A DNA stretch of 57,394 nt, the filler included, from Basidioascus undulatus (taxonomy: Eukaryota): NCBI GenBank assembly GCA_000826855.1. It is 4 parts of 4 records of this genome, joined end to end, with 100 filler letters (N's around TTAATTAATTAA, not from the genome) between each part and the next. Parts side by side here need not be neighbours in the genome. Positions count along the whole stretch, not along the records: positions 9,322 to 38,752 come from JTLS01000128.1; 3 more parts are not named here. The stretch is one strand, 5' to 3'. Of this stretch, positions 13,230 through 25,550 are shown piece by piece. Under the pieces are notes generated by a model. The model worked only from the letters and a program-made list of their open reading frames with translations. It did not search any database and was not told where the DNA came from. A program made the position numbers and the translations under genes. How positions within the stretch are numbered: position 1 is the first letter of the stretch; every line of letters begins with the position of its first letter.

Positions 13230-16200
13230 GCGACTGTCTTCTCAGCGGGGTTTCAGCCTGACACTACAGGTGCTATACCAAATATTTCGTACTAAAATCT
13301 ACCAGGAGTCTGCAGATCCTGAACACCAGCTTATTGCCCTGGGAAGACCCCTCAAACTGCCAGGCCTAGTGGTTAGGAAACGCAGGCTTGGGACTACCCG
13401 TCCTGGAACCTACATCCTTATCCAAGATTTCAGGGATAGTCCACATGCTGGTGGGTGCACATTTCCTGTTTTGGCGGGACAATTTGCTGCTACAGGCGGT
13501 TATATGGAGTCCCGCTGTCACGGCAAAACAACACAAACTGGCACTTCATAATACTCTCAGCTCTCCCCTCTTTCTTGCCATCACCATCCTACATCCTTCT
13601 TTCACATGGAACACACTGAATTGTCACAGTATCCCAAATGTCTGTCATGTTCTTTATTGAAGGTCTCCCAATGGAACTTGTTTGCAGCAGTCGGGTTGCA
13701 CCTGAGCTGTGGCAACCTCTGTGCACTCCCCCACAGACCTTTGTGTCTTTGAGCTATCCACAGGGTCCACTTGACCTTTCAAGACTCTCTCCTCTCTAAG
13801 GCTGGGATCACCTATAAGATGTACTATCCACAAATCCTGGTCTGGGTGGGCACATTTGGTGAGTACCATTGGCGCTCCTCCTTCTGTACAGGTCAAGCCT
13901 AATTCAGGACTGGTTTAAGTGATAGACACATATGTTACAGAGGCTTCCCTACCTGGTCAGAGCTCTCCACACTGGGGGACAATCTGGCATTGTTTGTTAT
14001 CCTGCATTCCCTTCATTCCATCTGATTCACCCTTGACTCCAAGTTACAGACCATAAGTGAGAAAAGGCCCCATGTGGGGCAAGTCCTGATCCTGAACTGT
14101 TTGACTTGCATCAGACATCTAATAGTTGGGAAATAGCTGATGGTATGCATGAAATATGATTCCTTCTCTCTGTTACTTTTTTCATTCAGAATATTGAGAG
14201 TCTGGAGAGGAAAGCCCTTCAATGTTCCTGGTGCACAGCCAGTTTCAGCAGCCCCCCAATCAGCATGTGAGTTGGGTACAAGCTGGTTTTGCGTCAGCAT
14301 TATTGCCCACCAAACCCTCACCCTAAAGGGATCAGGAATGGTCAGGTCAAATTTCTAGTATTCAATGCATTTCCTGGTCACATTAATCAGTGGGAGTCTT
14401 CAGTATCTGCTGATTCTACTGCAAGCCAGTCAAACCAAGCCTGGCCTGCAGTCATTGCCCAGGGTGCAGACGAGGCTCAGTGAAGGCAGCCAAGTTACAT
14501 GACCATGTCAATGTTCTAGTATTCTATGCTTTTCCTGGTCACATAAATCAGTGTACTCTAGCTTCTGCAGCCTGTATAATCAAAAACTACCCATAAACTA
14601 CCACTGTGAAAGACAGTACTCTCCCATCTGGAGCGGATGCATTTTTGCTTCAGTAGCAAAGACAACACGTCAGGCAGGCAGTTTGCATATGGGCTGCTCC
14701 AGGTGCTCGCTGCCTTTTGCACCACTTTGCCCCTTTTTGCCCCCTTCTGGAGAGCTCTGGTGAATCACTGAGAGGCCCTGCTTCTTACAATGTACTCTTA
14801 TCTCATCCTATTTTGGATCCTGCCAGATAGAGATGCCTTCTTATACTGAAAAAATGAAGTCAGCCTTGGAGGCCAGAAATCCCTGTGAGAAGGGCGGGTG
14901 ATTAATCAGACCCCTCGCAAGCTCCAGACCGCGTGATACCTGTCAAAACTCTTGCCCCACGCTACATTGCCAAATAATGCCTCTTCTGTCCAAGCGGCAA
15001 GGGGTCTGATAAAACAGTCTATGTCACCACTGGACATGTATGGGAGAGGCAGGAAAGGCAGTAGGAAATAAGGACAGGAACATGGTCCAACTTTGCAACT
15101 TTCACACAGCCACAAGAACCATACAGACAGAAACATTAATTTATGGCTCATTTGCTGGGTGGCAACCAACCTGCAAGACAAGGAGCCTGATACAGTGTCC
15201 CCCGCATTGCCCCAAGGACTGTGGGTACACTATGGAGCAAATCTTCTATGAACTGACTTCCAGAAAACAATGGGCAGAGTCACTCACAATACACGGGCCC
15301 AGAAGATAACTACCCCAATGACCTCAGCAGTTCCAATTACCTGCCACAGACTGATGAGTGCACAACATGGTATGAGCATGCTATGAAGTGCTCACATTGA
15401 AGAAGAGTGAGTTGAGCTGGAAAAACAAGGCATTTTAGCACTCTCTCAGCTGAAAAGAAGTCAACCTTGACTGACCTCTTTCCCAATGAGCAAAGTTGAA
15501 AGTGCAAGAGATGCCAAAGGGAATGTGAGACCCCACTGTTTCAAAAGTCAGCATACTTGAAACAGGTCTAGGTAAGATGCACATACCCATCCCATGTTGC
15601 TGAGTGGGGGCCTGTCAGCTGGCTGGCAGCATGCAAGAAGGGCAAGATCTACTCACAAGTCAATGTTGCCTTTCAAGCGCTGAGAGATGAAAGCCCCAAC
15701 CGCAACAAGCAGCCACCACATGCCCCAAGCCCAGAAGATCAGGGCCCACAGGAGACCTAGCAAGTGAAGAATTTCAGTGAGTTATGTTCAACATGGTGGA
15801 GATCAAGCAGGCATACCAACTCCATAGAAAACAGGTCCAACACCTGCAAGGTGGGACAGGTGCTCTGGGTCGCGCTCCACCAGCCGGGGTATGAGATCCA
15901 GGCTAACAACACCCAGCTGCAGTGCAGAAAAGCCACTGAGCCCAGTTGGCCTGTTTGAATATGAGTTGATCAAAATGAGCTTAGACTCAGAATGAGTGGT
16001 TCAATGTAAGATAGACTTGCCCAAGTGGCAGGAAGACACTGACAATCACTTCCTTGGGTGGAATACCATGAAGAGTGAGACGCTGTAGATACAGGACCTA
16101 AAGCTGTGTGTCAGCAAAATAACAGCCTCTAATAAATGGGAAGCTTGGCAAACCATGATAGCGCAGGCAAGCGATATGCCCAGACCGAGCACTGTTCATG

Positions 16201-16660
16201 GTGTCAGTCATGGCTCAGTCTTCTCTCTCAAGGAAGAGAAAGACCTACTCAGATAACCGCCAATGAAAATGGCAAAGGCATAGTCAGGATAGCCTGCTGC
16301 AAGGTACCCAGAGATGACACCGCCGCCAGCAGCCACAGTGATGGGTGGGACAACCGGCAGCAGCAGGGCAGCAGTCAAGCCAGGCACTGAAGTAGCACTC
16401 TTCAGACATAGCATCATATATAAGAGAAAAGCGCACATACTGGAATGGTCATGCTTGGTAAACTCACTGTAGAGCAGGTCAAGAGTCAGTTGGAGTGGTA
16501 GGGTGCTTAATGCAGTGAGATGGTGACCTACAAATAAGGCACAGCAAAGGCAAGGACTGTTGAAACAGCCAGAGCAATCCACCAAAGATAGGATGCAACG
16601 AGCGCAAACTGGATTCCAAGGCCATACTCGTGGTAGCCCATAGCTGAGATGGGGTGATTA
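13230..16660 (+). mobile_element. Heavily degenerate retroelement relic, probably Ty1/copia pol
   Basis: Abrupt drop in GC with visible CpG depletion and no long ORF. Broken motifs follow copia order: 'KTLAPR...CLF' (about 14945-14990, integrase C-terminal region), 'EEE*VELEKQGILAL' and 'RDAKGNV' (about 15400-15530), 'QVNVAFQA...KQPP' (about 15655-15720, RT). LTRs not identified; boundaries approximate. Confidence 0.5.
14353..14553 (+). repeat. Imperfect ~40-bp direct repeat pair
   Basis: ttctagtattcaatgcatttcctggtcacattaatcagtg (14353-14392) versus ttctagtattctatgcttttcctggtcacataaatcagtg (14514-14553). Confidence 0.85.
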
Positions 16661-16949
16661 GCAGCGTCAGCCAGCAGAATCAAGACAGCATACGCAACTG
16701 GCTATTGAATTGACAATGGTGACAAAACCCATAGGTATAGTCCCGACTGTTGAACACAAGGTCAGCTCAAGGGCGCTACAAAATGTGAAAGAAGGGGGAC
16801 AGGGAGGTGAGCTTACGGAAGAGTGACTGCCGAAGATAGTGTCAGCCGGTAGAGCTGCGGAAATAGAACACAAGCACCACGCACATGTTGCTCGTGACTG
16901 AGAGTACGCATGATGATAGACGGGTAGACAATGTACCTGCAAAGAGGGC

Positions 16950-17908
16950 TTTAGCGCGCTGTCCGCAATCAGAAGCCTCGAATGAGCGCACCGCGTGCTG
17001 ATCATTAGAAAGAAGACCGTGAAGAGTAGAATGTCTGTGAGGAGGAAAGCCGTACCGACTAAACTATTTGTGAGCATCCGCCACGATCGGACCTGGAGCG
17101 GGAAGCGGAAGGGAGTTTCACTAGCTCGGAAGACGTTGTCTGCGAGCGCAGTGTTGGTCAGTGAGTACAGCAGCACTCTGCCAATCTTAAGAGTACATAC
17201 GCGTAGACCGCCACGGAAGGTTGTTTATCAGCTGGCAAATGACGCCATGTCTGTGGAACGAACACGGTTAAATAAGTGCCGCAGGATCTGACCAAGATTC
17301 ATTCCTCCACGGACCCCATGGTGATGGAGAACCTGTGGAGAACTAGGGGTGAGAACGCTATGTACACATCGAGAGATTTGGGTGCGACAAACCACGATGG
17401 CGAGAAATGAATCTGAACGACGCGGTACGCCAGAAGGGTCAGCCGATGCAGAGCTCGCTATCGCCCAAGCAAGGAACAACTACGTACGATTCTCGGCATC
17501 AACCCCTTTATCCTCCCACCCTGCGGCATGAGCGGTCCAGGCGGAGCCGGCACCCCATCAGCGTCCACCGATCCCTCCTCCTTCGTGGTGGACGCCCCGG
17601 CAGGCGTCCCTCGCGGTTTGAGGGCAGACTCGTCCAGCGACTCGCTCCGAGCAGATTGCGCGAGCGCGGCGGGTGGCGGCGGTTGCGACGCCCCGGTTGG
17701 CGGTGGCAGTCTCGAGCGCCCTGTGTCTGAGGACAAGCTATCGGACTGCATGCTGAGCGAGGAGATTGATGCGATTGCAGGTTGAGTGAGTGGGGGGCTA
17801 ATTTCGTCGTCTGCCTCGTCCATGCACGTGACCGTCTTCTCCCGGCGCTCCGCGAGGTCGGCGTATTCACCCGATCGTCTGTTGGGGATGATCGATATCG
17901 ATGTCCAT
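16950..17908 (-). other. Possible hypothetical gene or gene remnant divergent from cyclin L
   Basis: Ser/Pro/Ala-rich ORF 17458-17823 and several plausible splice acceptors downstream. No recognisable family and no clean start. Confidence 0.25.
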
Positions 17909-18090
17909 GACCGCTAGAACGAACATATTCCTGCTAAAATCTGCAATACAGCAAGGTAGACTGCACAAGTTGAAAGGTGGAAAGGCTGCGAAGACTCGGA
18001 AGCACCGTGGGAAACGGAGAAGGCGCGTATGCGACGCGAGGCCATCTTCGTAAGTTGAACTCGAACGACGACGTTTGCTCCCCTTGCTCG

Positions 18091-19292
18091 ATGTCGGACT
18101 TGCTCACACCCCTCGCGTCGCTCGAGCAGGTCCGGCGCACACCGTCCCGCGAAGATGGGATTCCCGCTGAGTTAGAGGACGCGCTACGGACGCATGGGTG
18201 CCGGATGATCCAGCAAGCGGGTGTCCTGCTCAAGCTGTTCGTATTCCGTGAACCAACCTTCATTGCGGTGCTGCTTATTTCATGCTGACGCCGGAATACG
18301 TTGTAGTCCCCAGGTGGTCATGGCTACCGCGCAGGTCCTCTTCCAGCGGTTCTGGTTCGTGACCTCGCTGAAGCACTTCGGCATCAGGGTACGCGCGGCG
18401 CCCGTTACGCGTTGCGCCCCTCTCCGCTGACGCTCTCCTCGCTCCAAGGACATCGGCATGGGCTGCCTGTTTCTCTCATCCAAACTCGAAGAGACGCCGC
18501 TTCGGATTCGAGACCTCATCAACGTTTACCACCTTCTCTCGACCACCTCGCCCGACGCTCTGACCTACGAGCCGATGTCGTACTTCTCGTCCACGTTCTA
18601 CGACTACAAGGACGCGCTTGTCTTTAGCGAGATGCAGGTGCTGAAGCGGCTAGGCTTCAACGTTCAAGTGCGCTTCCGCAGAACGCATATCCGCGCTCGT
18701 GGCGGTCGAGGCTCACGCGCGGGGATGCTACAAGAACAGGTTCAGCTGCCATACGCGCTGATGGTCAACTACCTCCAAATTTTTAAGCTCGCGGATGTGC
18801 CTGGTGTTGCCCAAAAGGCCTGGTCTTACTTGAACGACGCGTGCGTATGGCCCAAAGCGTTCTCTCTTGCTTGAGGTGCACGCTGACGCACGTAACCCCT
18901 GTTCCCGCAGTCTCCAAACGCCCGTCTACGCCCTCTTCCCTCCCCCCACACTCGCGACCGCCGCCATATACCTCACTCTCCGCGTAATGGGTATTGCGAT
19001 GCCCGAGTCACCCGAGGGCGACCCGTGGTGGACGCTCTTCGACGCGGAGCTGGAGGACATCGAGCTTGTCGCAGCCTGGATCCTCCGCCTCTACGATGGC
19101 CCGGGCGGGGACGGCGTTATTGGGGCGGAGGCGATGTTGACCAAGGGGGATGTCCGACGGTGGCTGGAGGAGAGACAGTCGGTACGGGGCTACGGGAGCA
19201 AAGGCGGAGACTGGGAACGAAGAGGGTCGGACGGGAGAGATGCAGGAGGAGACCGGCTTCCTGACCGGAGGGGAGATGACTATAAGAGATAG
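18091..19292 (+). CDS. CCNL1: Cyclin L family protein
   Basis: '[50 protein letters not shown]', 'LFLSSKLEETPLRIRDLINVY', 'EMQVLKRLGFNVQV-QLPYALMVNYLQ', 'AWSYLND'. Confidence 0.9.
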
Positions 19293-19791
19293 GATTGATG
19301 CATTTTAATGAGTGTCTACGTGTGCGAGCTGGCCAATACCCGTACCGACGGGCACGATTCGACTCATTCGTCCGTTTGAGCGAATATGGCACGACCATCA
19401 CCAGACTTTTGTTGTCCAAGGTCAAGTCTAACAAATCTTATCAGTACATGAAAGGCGGTTGGATACTTCGCCGTCTCTGGAAACGTCCTTAGAGGCGGCA
19501 AGATTCAAGCAGCACTTTGACCAGGCGCGCCTTCGAAACGCGCCTCGCGTCTGGCCTTGCTCCTTCTGCCTTTCCCCTCTCGGTCCATCCTCTCGCCTCG
19601 CTAACCCTTCAGTGCGCGACGACTCTCTTCCATTCAACCGGCATAATTGCTCACGGCTTGCTCTACGCTGCTCAGGGGCTGGGTTTGACGCATCTCGGGG
19701 TTTCATGTCGCGGTGACCAGCACCGATCCGTCTCGCGCCGTTGCCTGGTCTCGCGCTCCCGCTCGGACTTTCTTTGGGCGGCACGGCGTTG

Positions 19792-21314
19792 ATGACCGCC
19801 AACATTCCAAATTCATCTGCGGGCACGCGATCTTCGTGCTCGCCCGCTTCATCTTCGCCTGACGCGCCGCCGCCGCAGCCACCAAAGGCCAAGGATTCGA
19901 ACCCGCTCTCACTCTCGGGCGTACAGACGCTGAGCCAGCACCAAAGGGCACTTCTGCTACGTGGTGCGTTGAACATTCCATGCCCGGCGTGCTTGTCTCA
20001 TTCCGCTGAACGACGATGCTATGCTCCCCAGCTGGCTTCACAAGCCCTTCCGAAGTCTTGCTCGCCGATCCTGCCTCGCTCTCTCGCAGGCTCCAGATCT
20101 CGACTGGCGAGGCATCGAGCATCGTGACCGCCATCGCATGCGGCACCGCTCCCGTCACTGCACCGCTCGACAGCGATCCAGAGGATACGCGCCTCAAGAC
20201 CGGGGATGAGGACATTGATCGCCTGCTGGGCGGCGGGATCGTCCCTGGGACTCTGTGTGAGGTGTCGGGCGAAAGGTGCGCTTTGTTTGGAATCAATTAT
20301 TCGATCTGTGCTGAACTTGAGATTTGCAGCGCGGCGGGCAAGACGCAATTCCTTCTTCAGCTCTGCGTCACGGTCCAGCTGCCGGTGTCCTCTGGCGGTC
20401 TCGCCGGCCACGCCGCCTTCCTTTCGTCTGAGGGGCAACTCCCCACTTCACGGCTTCACTCGCTCTCATCAGCCTTCGTCGGCGGGACTTCATCACCGCC
20501 CACCGACCCCCTCTCGCACATCCATTTCCTATCATGTCGCGACGTCGAGTCACTACTTCACGCGCTCAATTATTTCCTTCCCGCCCTTCTTGATCAACAT
20601 CCCGTTCGTCTCATCGTCCTCGACTCCATCGGCGCCCTGTTTCGCGGCGAGTTCCGGGCGAACGCCGGTGGCCTCGCCGCGCGCAGCAAAGATCTCTGCG
20701 CTGTAGGCGACCGCCTGAGGCAGGTCGCCGAAGATCACGGCATCGCCGTCGTCATCGCTAATCAGGTCACGGATACCTTCGATGGCGACGGCGAGTCCTT
20801 CGTGGGGCCCAGCGCAGATCAGGAATCCGGCGAGGTCTGGCCCGTATACCGCGAGCAGGCGCGCGCGTTCTCCGGCCAGACAGCCGAGCTTTCCAAAGTC
20901 GCGAGCCTCGGCGGCGTCTGGGCAAATTGCATCAACACTCGCATCATGCTCTCGCGCACCGGCCGCCGCCGGCGCCTCGAGCTACCGTCGCGGCGCCGAT
21001 CGAGCGCCTCGCCCGAGTCGAAGCGACTTCGCCCAAACACACCCTCTCCGCTGCCCTCCCCCGATAAGCCCACCCTCCTGCGCCGCATGCACCTCGTCTT
21101 CTCTCCCTTCGCTCCCACCGCGACACTCGATTTCGTGATTCTTCCGGATGGCATGCGCGCGATTTCGGAGGATGCGAGGCGGGCACGCGAGGTCGTGGAT
21201 GATTTAGGCGGGGGCTTTGCCGGAGATGCGGACGATGAAGCAGCGTACTGGGCCGCTGTAGAGGGTGGACTGGATGTCGAGGCTGGGGATACCTGGGAGG
21301 TTGGCGATGCATAA
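19792..21314 (+). CDS. RAD57: Rad51 paralog Rad57/XRCC3
   Basis: 'TGDEDIDRLLGGGI', Walker A GE|SAAGKTQ (split by intron 20276-20329), 'LCVTVQLPVSSGGLAG', Walker B 'LIVLDSI', 'VVIANQV', 'SLGGVWANCINTRIML'. Confidence 0.88.
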
Positions 21315-21652
21315 TGCGAAATCTCTCGCAGTGTTCCGCTGTCTGCAATCGCCGGGCATTGACTGATACGCTCGAACTCACCGGTCCTTGGACATTTCGG
21401 CACAGCTTTCAGCATTCCCTCGTACCTTGAGCGCGAAGACGCCTGTCACATGTTAAACCAATTCGAACGCTATCCCGTGTTGCACCTTGAACAATGGTGG
21501 GGCAGGGTTGTCTCGCTGCTGAGGCGGTATGAACTTTTCGATGCCGGCATGATCGCCATGAGCACTGTCATTGTGGTTCATCTGTCATGAATCGTTCGTT
21601 GCAATGCATATCATGTCCAGTCCTACCGTTTCCGCTTTCCGCCCTAACGCTC

Positions 21653-22094
21653 TCAAGCAATCTTCTTCCTCTTGCCAGCCTGCGCCCCCTGCTGCGCGCC
21701 AGTCCTTGCCGCTCCCCACACCAAGAAAGCGACGCCCAGCAGCGTAATGACGACCTTGTTGTCTGATACCGCGCCACCAGTTAGCCCTGCGAACTCCGTC
21801 CATTGCTGTGGAGCACTCACCCCAGACGGTCTTGACTACATCCTCCGCGAGCTGCTCGGACGCTCCGAGTGTCTTGAACACGGCCCGCACGGCGCCGGTC
21901 AAGATGCTGAACACGGCCTCGACGGCGTGCTCGAAGACGGCAAATATGCTACCGAGGACGCCGCTGATGAGATTGAAGATGCCGCGGAAGAGCTATCGTC
22001 GGCCGGGTTAGCAGTGAGATGAGATGAAGAGGGGGGAAAGCGGGAAGCGAGGCAGAGTACATACGTCTTCGACGGAGGAGGTGACTGAAGGCAT
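21653..22094 (-). CDS. Small three-exon putative membrane protein (~100 aa)
   Basis: MPSVTSSVED | LFRGIFNLISGVLGSIFAVFEHAVEAVFSILTGAVRAVFKTLGASEQLAEDVVKTVW | DNKVVITLLGVAFLVWGAARTGAQQGAQAGKRKKIA*. Two canonical introns (GTATGT and GTGAGT donors, CTAAC branch sites) keep the frame. Confidence 0.7.
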
Positions 22095-23146
22095 TTCGGG
22101 GTATTGATCTACAGGGAGGTAGTGAGGCGTAAAAGGCGGTTTGTTTGGATACGACGGTGGGAGATGAGGGGGGAGAAGGGGAAAGAGGAAGAGGAGATAG
22201 AAAGAGCGCCAACAGCTCTGGTCGAGCGAAAGTGACGTCAGTTTGGAGTATCGAGACCACATGCCCGCATTCGTCGCTCGCAGCGGTGCAAAAGCCCAAA
22301 TGCGCCCGCGATGATATGTTAATTTCAGAGAAGTGAGGGAGAAAGAAGCTGGCGACGTGACTCCTTGAGGACACACTGCGTAAGGCATGGCTTGCAGAGA
22401 ATCGATCACACCGCCAGGGTACGGGTGGCAGCCTCTGGACAAACAAGACAGACGACAGACAACCTGATGTGCATGACCGTTTCAAAGCACCATGTTCTTG
22501 AAGGAGTTTCTTCTTTTTCTTTGAATACAGTAGTAAAGGGCCATAGAATTACATTTCACCACCACCGCGAGAGCAGGAGCGTATCTGCATCTTGGTCTGT
22601 AACACGGTGAGGTTTTTTCACAGGGAGAATATGGATGCTGGCTTGATATGTGTCAATGGGGAACTATCTGCCTGTCAACATCGTAGTATAAGTGCTTAAC
22701 GGGCGATGAGAGGGAGAGTACAGACTTTGCCGCAGGATGCACCGCGAACGCCCCTCCTGGCGACTGCAATCTTAAGAATCGATACAGAGTGCACTTTTGG
22801 TAAAAAAAAAAAGCATAATTCCTTTGGTTATATGTAAACGGCGGTTCTTTCATTTATGGGTCGGTGGTGTTTGAGGGTTGCTCTGGGTTGGGCATGGCCG
22901 GGAACCCTGCGGCCCGACTTTCGGTAGCTTCCCAACACCCATTCAATTACTTATGCCCACTTCGTGATTTTTGCCTATTGGCAGTATTCCGCGATTGTGG
23001 GAAGGCAAATCGTACGTATTGAAAGCTGCGTTAATCGACGTTTGAATGACAAGAACCCTCAACCTAACCCAAAGGCAGCCAGGAGTAGCGATACGCCCTT
23101 CCTTTCCATCAACCATACCTTTACGCTTACATCCCAACGCGCAGAC

Positions 23147-25550
23147 ATGGCCGACGTAGTTCCGGCCACGAACGGCGTTTCCGCTGACAGCAAGGGCAAA
23201 ACCGCGGGGCTGTCGCGGAACCAGCTCAAGCGCCTCAAAAAGAAGCAGAACAAGAGCGCGAGCAGGGCCGCGACGGAGAGCGAGAGCGAGGCGGAATCGG
23301 TCACTGTACGCCACAGATCCTCTAGGCGTGAGGGAAGGACCGAGGTGGCTCATAGCGCTTGCGAGGGCAGCCCTCCCCTGCACCCGAGCCGTTGCCCGCA
23401 ACCGAGCTCGAGTCGGCTTTCGAGGAGATCGACCCCTCCAAGGTCGAGGGAATGGAGGCTTTCGAGTCCGTCTTCGCGCGTTTCCAGCTGCTTCCCGATG
23501 AGGACGAGTCTGCCGTACGTCTGCACCGTTATCTCTTGATCTGTCGTTAGCTGACACGCTTCACCGCTTTCCAGAACGCCGCGGCGGCAACGACGGGAAA
23601 AGGCGAGGTCATCTACTCGGACGACGAGGACGAGGAGGCCGCGGATCCGGACGCGCCCGCTAAGCTCAGCAAGAAGAAGCAGCGCAAGATCGCGCGGCTG
23701 AGCGTCGCCGAGCTTAAGCAGCTCGTGCGCAAGCCCGAGGTCGTCGAGTGGGTCGATGTCAGCGCACAGGATCCGCGTCTCCTCGTCCACCTGAAAAGCT
23801 ACCGCAATACGGTGCCTGTGCCGGGGCACTGGAGTCAGAAGAGGGGTTATCTGGAGGGGAAGAAGGGCATCGAGAAGCCGCCGTATCAGCTGCCGCGTGA
23901 GTGCATCGTTCGCTCCGTAGTGGGTGGGCGGATGTCGTCGAGGCGAAGGTGGCGTCTGGCACAGCGCTGATGAGGTGGTGAGGATTCCTTTAGCGTACAT
24001 CGCCGACACGGGCATCGGCACGCAGCAGGACGCGCTCAAGGAGAAGGAGGACACCATGTCGCTCAAGCAGAAGACGCGCCAGCGCGTTCAGCCGAAGATG
24101 GGCAAGATCGACATCGACTACCAGAAGCTGCACGACGCGTTCTTCCGCTTCCAAACACCTCCCAAGATGACCGAGTACGGTGACATGTACGTCTGATGAT
24201 GATCTGCATTTTCCTCGTTGGAGTAGCGAAGATGACGTGCTGACCTACGGGCTTCACAGCTACTACGAGGGCAAGGAGTTCGAGACTCATCTCCGCGAGC
24301 GCAAGCCGGGCGAGATCTCCAACGAGCTCAAGGAGGCGCTCTCGATTCCGCCGCTCGCGCCGCCACCGTGGCTCATCGCGATGCAGCGGTACGGCCCGCC
24401 GCCGAGCTACCCGAACTTGAAGATTCCTGGTTTGAACGCTCCGATTCCCGAAGGGTGCGTTCCATCGTCAAACCTCCACACCCTTGCTGTGATCCGTCTG
24501 ACGGCATGGTGGGGGGACAGAGCGCAATGGGGCTTCCACCCCGGTGGATGGGGCAAGCCGCCGGTCGACGAGTACAACCGTCCGCTATACGGTGACGTCT
24601 TCGGAGTGATGCCAAAGATGGGCGAGGCTGAGGTGAGTTTAATTTGCGCCCAGAGAGTTCTGTCCGTTTTGCTGACGTGATACATGGACAGAACGCCGAG
24701 CCGATTAACCGTGAGCCGTGGGGAGAGATCGAGGAGGTCGAGGAGGGCAAGTCGAGATTCACAACTACATTTGCAATGACTAAGCTTACCCGGTCTGTGG
24801 CTTTACAGAGGAGGAGGAGGAGGACGAGTCTTCCGTCGCGCCGTCGGAGGACGAAGAGGAGGAAGCCGCGCCCACGGACGGTCTCGCCACGCCGTCCGGC
24901 ATGGCTTCCGTATCCTCCACCGTTCCCGGCGGGCTCGAGACGCCAGACTTCATCGACCTCCGCAAGGGCGGCCGTGGCGGCACGGAGTCGGTCGTCTCAG
25001 AGGCGCCGGGGCCGCGGCAACTGTACCAGGTCATCCCCGAGCGGGAGACGGCCATCCGTGGGTTCATGGGTAGCGAGCGCGGGTACGATGTCCGCGGCTT
25101 GTCGGCGTCTGGGGTTCCGGTACTGGGCCAGGAGGAGAGAGGGACAAAGGTGCGTTTTGCCCGTTACGCACGTGCGGACAGGACCCCGTCGAGGCTGACT
25201 GCGGGACCTATTTTGTTTGGAGCAGCGCAAGGCAGGAGGCGTCGACGTCGCGCTCAACCCCGAGGAACTCGAGGGCCTCAGCCAGGAGGAGCTCGCGGAG
25301 CGGTTTGAGGCGCACCGGCGGAGCACGACGTCCGCAGGCGGCGTCGCTGTGCCGGGCGCGGATCGCGCAGAGGACTTCAGCGATGTCATCGCGAAGGGTG
25401 CGCTCAACTCTCGCTCGTCCGGTTCCTGGGAGTTCCAGGCGCTGACGTCTTTCTTTCGGTCGGGCAGAAACGGCGAAGCGGCAGAAGAGGGACGAGAAGC
25501 GGCGCGGAGACCGGGACAGAGGGAAGGAGAAGGAGAAGTTCAAGTTCTAG
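23147..25550 (+). CDS. CUS1: U2 snRNP splicing factor SF3B2/SAP145/Cus1
   Basis: DUF382 'LSVAELKQLVRKPEVVEWVDVSAQDPRLLVHLKSYRNTVPVPGHWSQKRGYL', 'VQPKMGKIDIDYQKLHDAFF'; PSP 'PPPWLIAMQRYGPPPSYPNLKIPGLNAPIP', 'WGFHPGGWGKPPVDE'; ends KEKFKF*. Confidence 0.96.

Noticed and set aside
19893..19903. tRNA T-loop/B-box-like GGTTCGAATCC on the minus strand
   Set aside because: No T-stem, acceptor stem or cloverleaf; it lies in RAD57 exon 1.
22129..22137. U5 snRNA loop-I-like GCCTTTTAC on the minus strand
   Set aside because: No closing stem; it sits in the 5' leader of the small membrane-protein gene.
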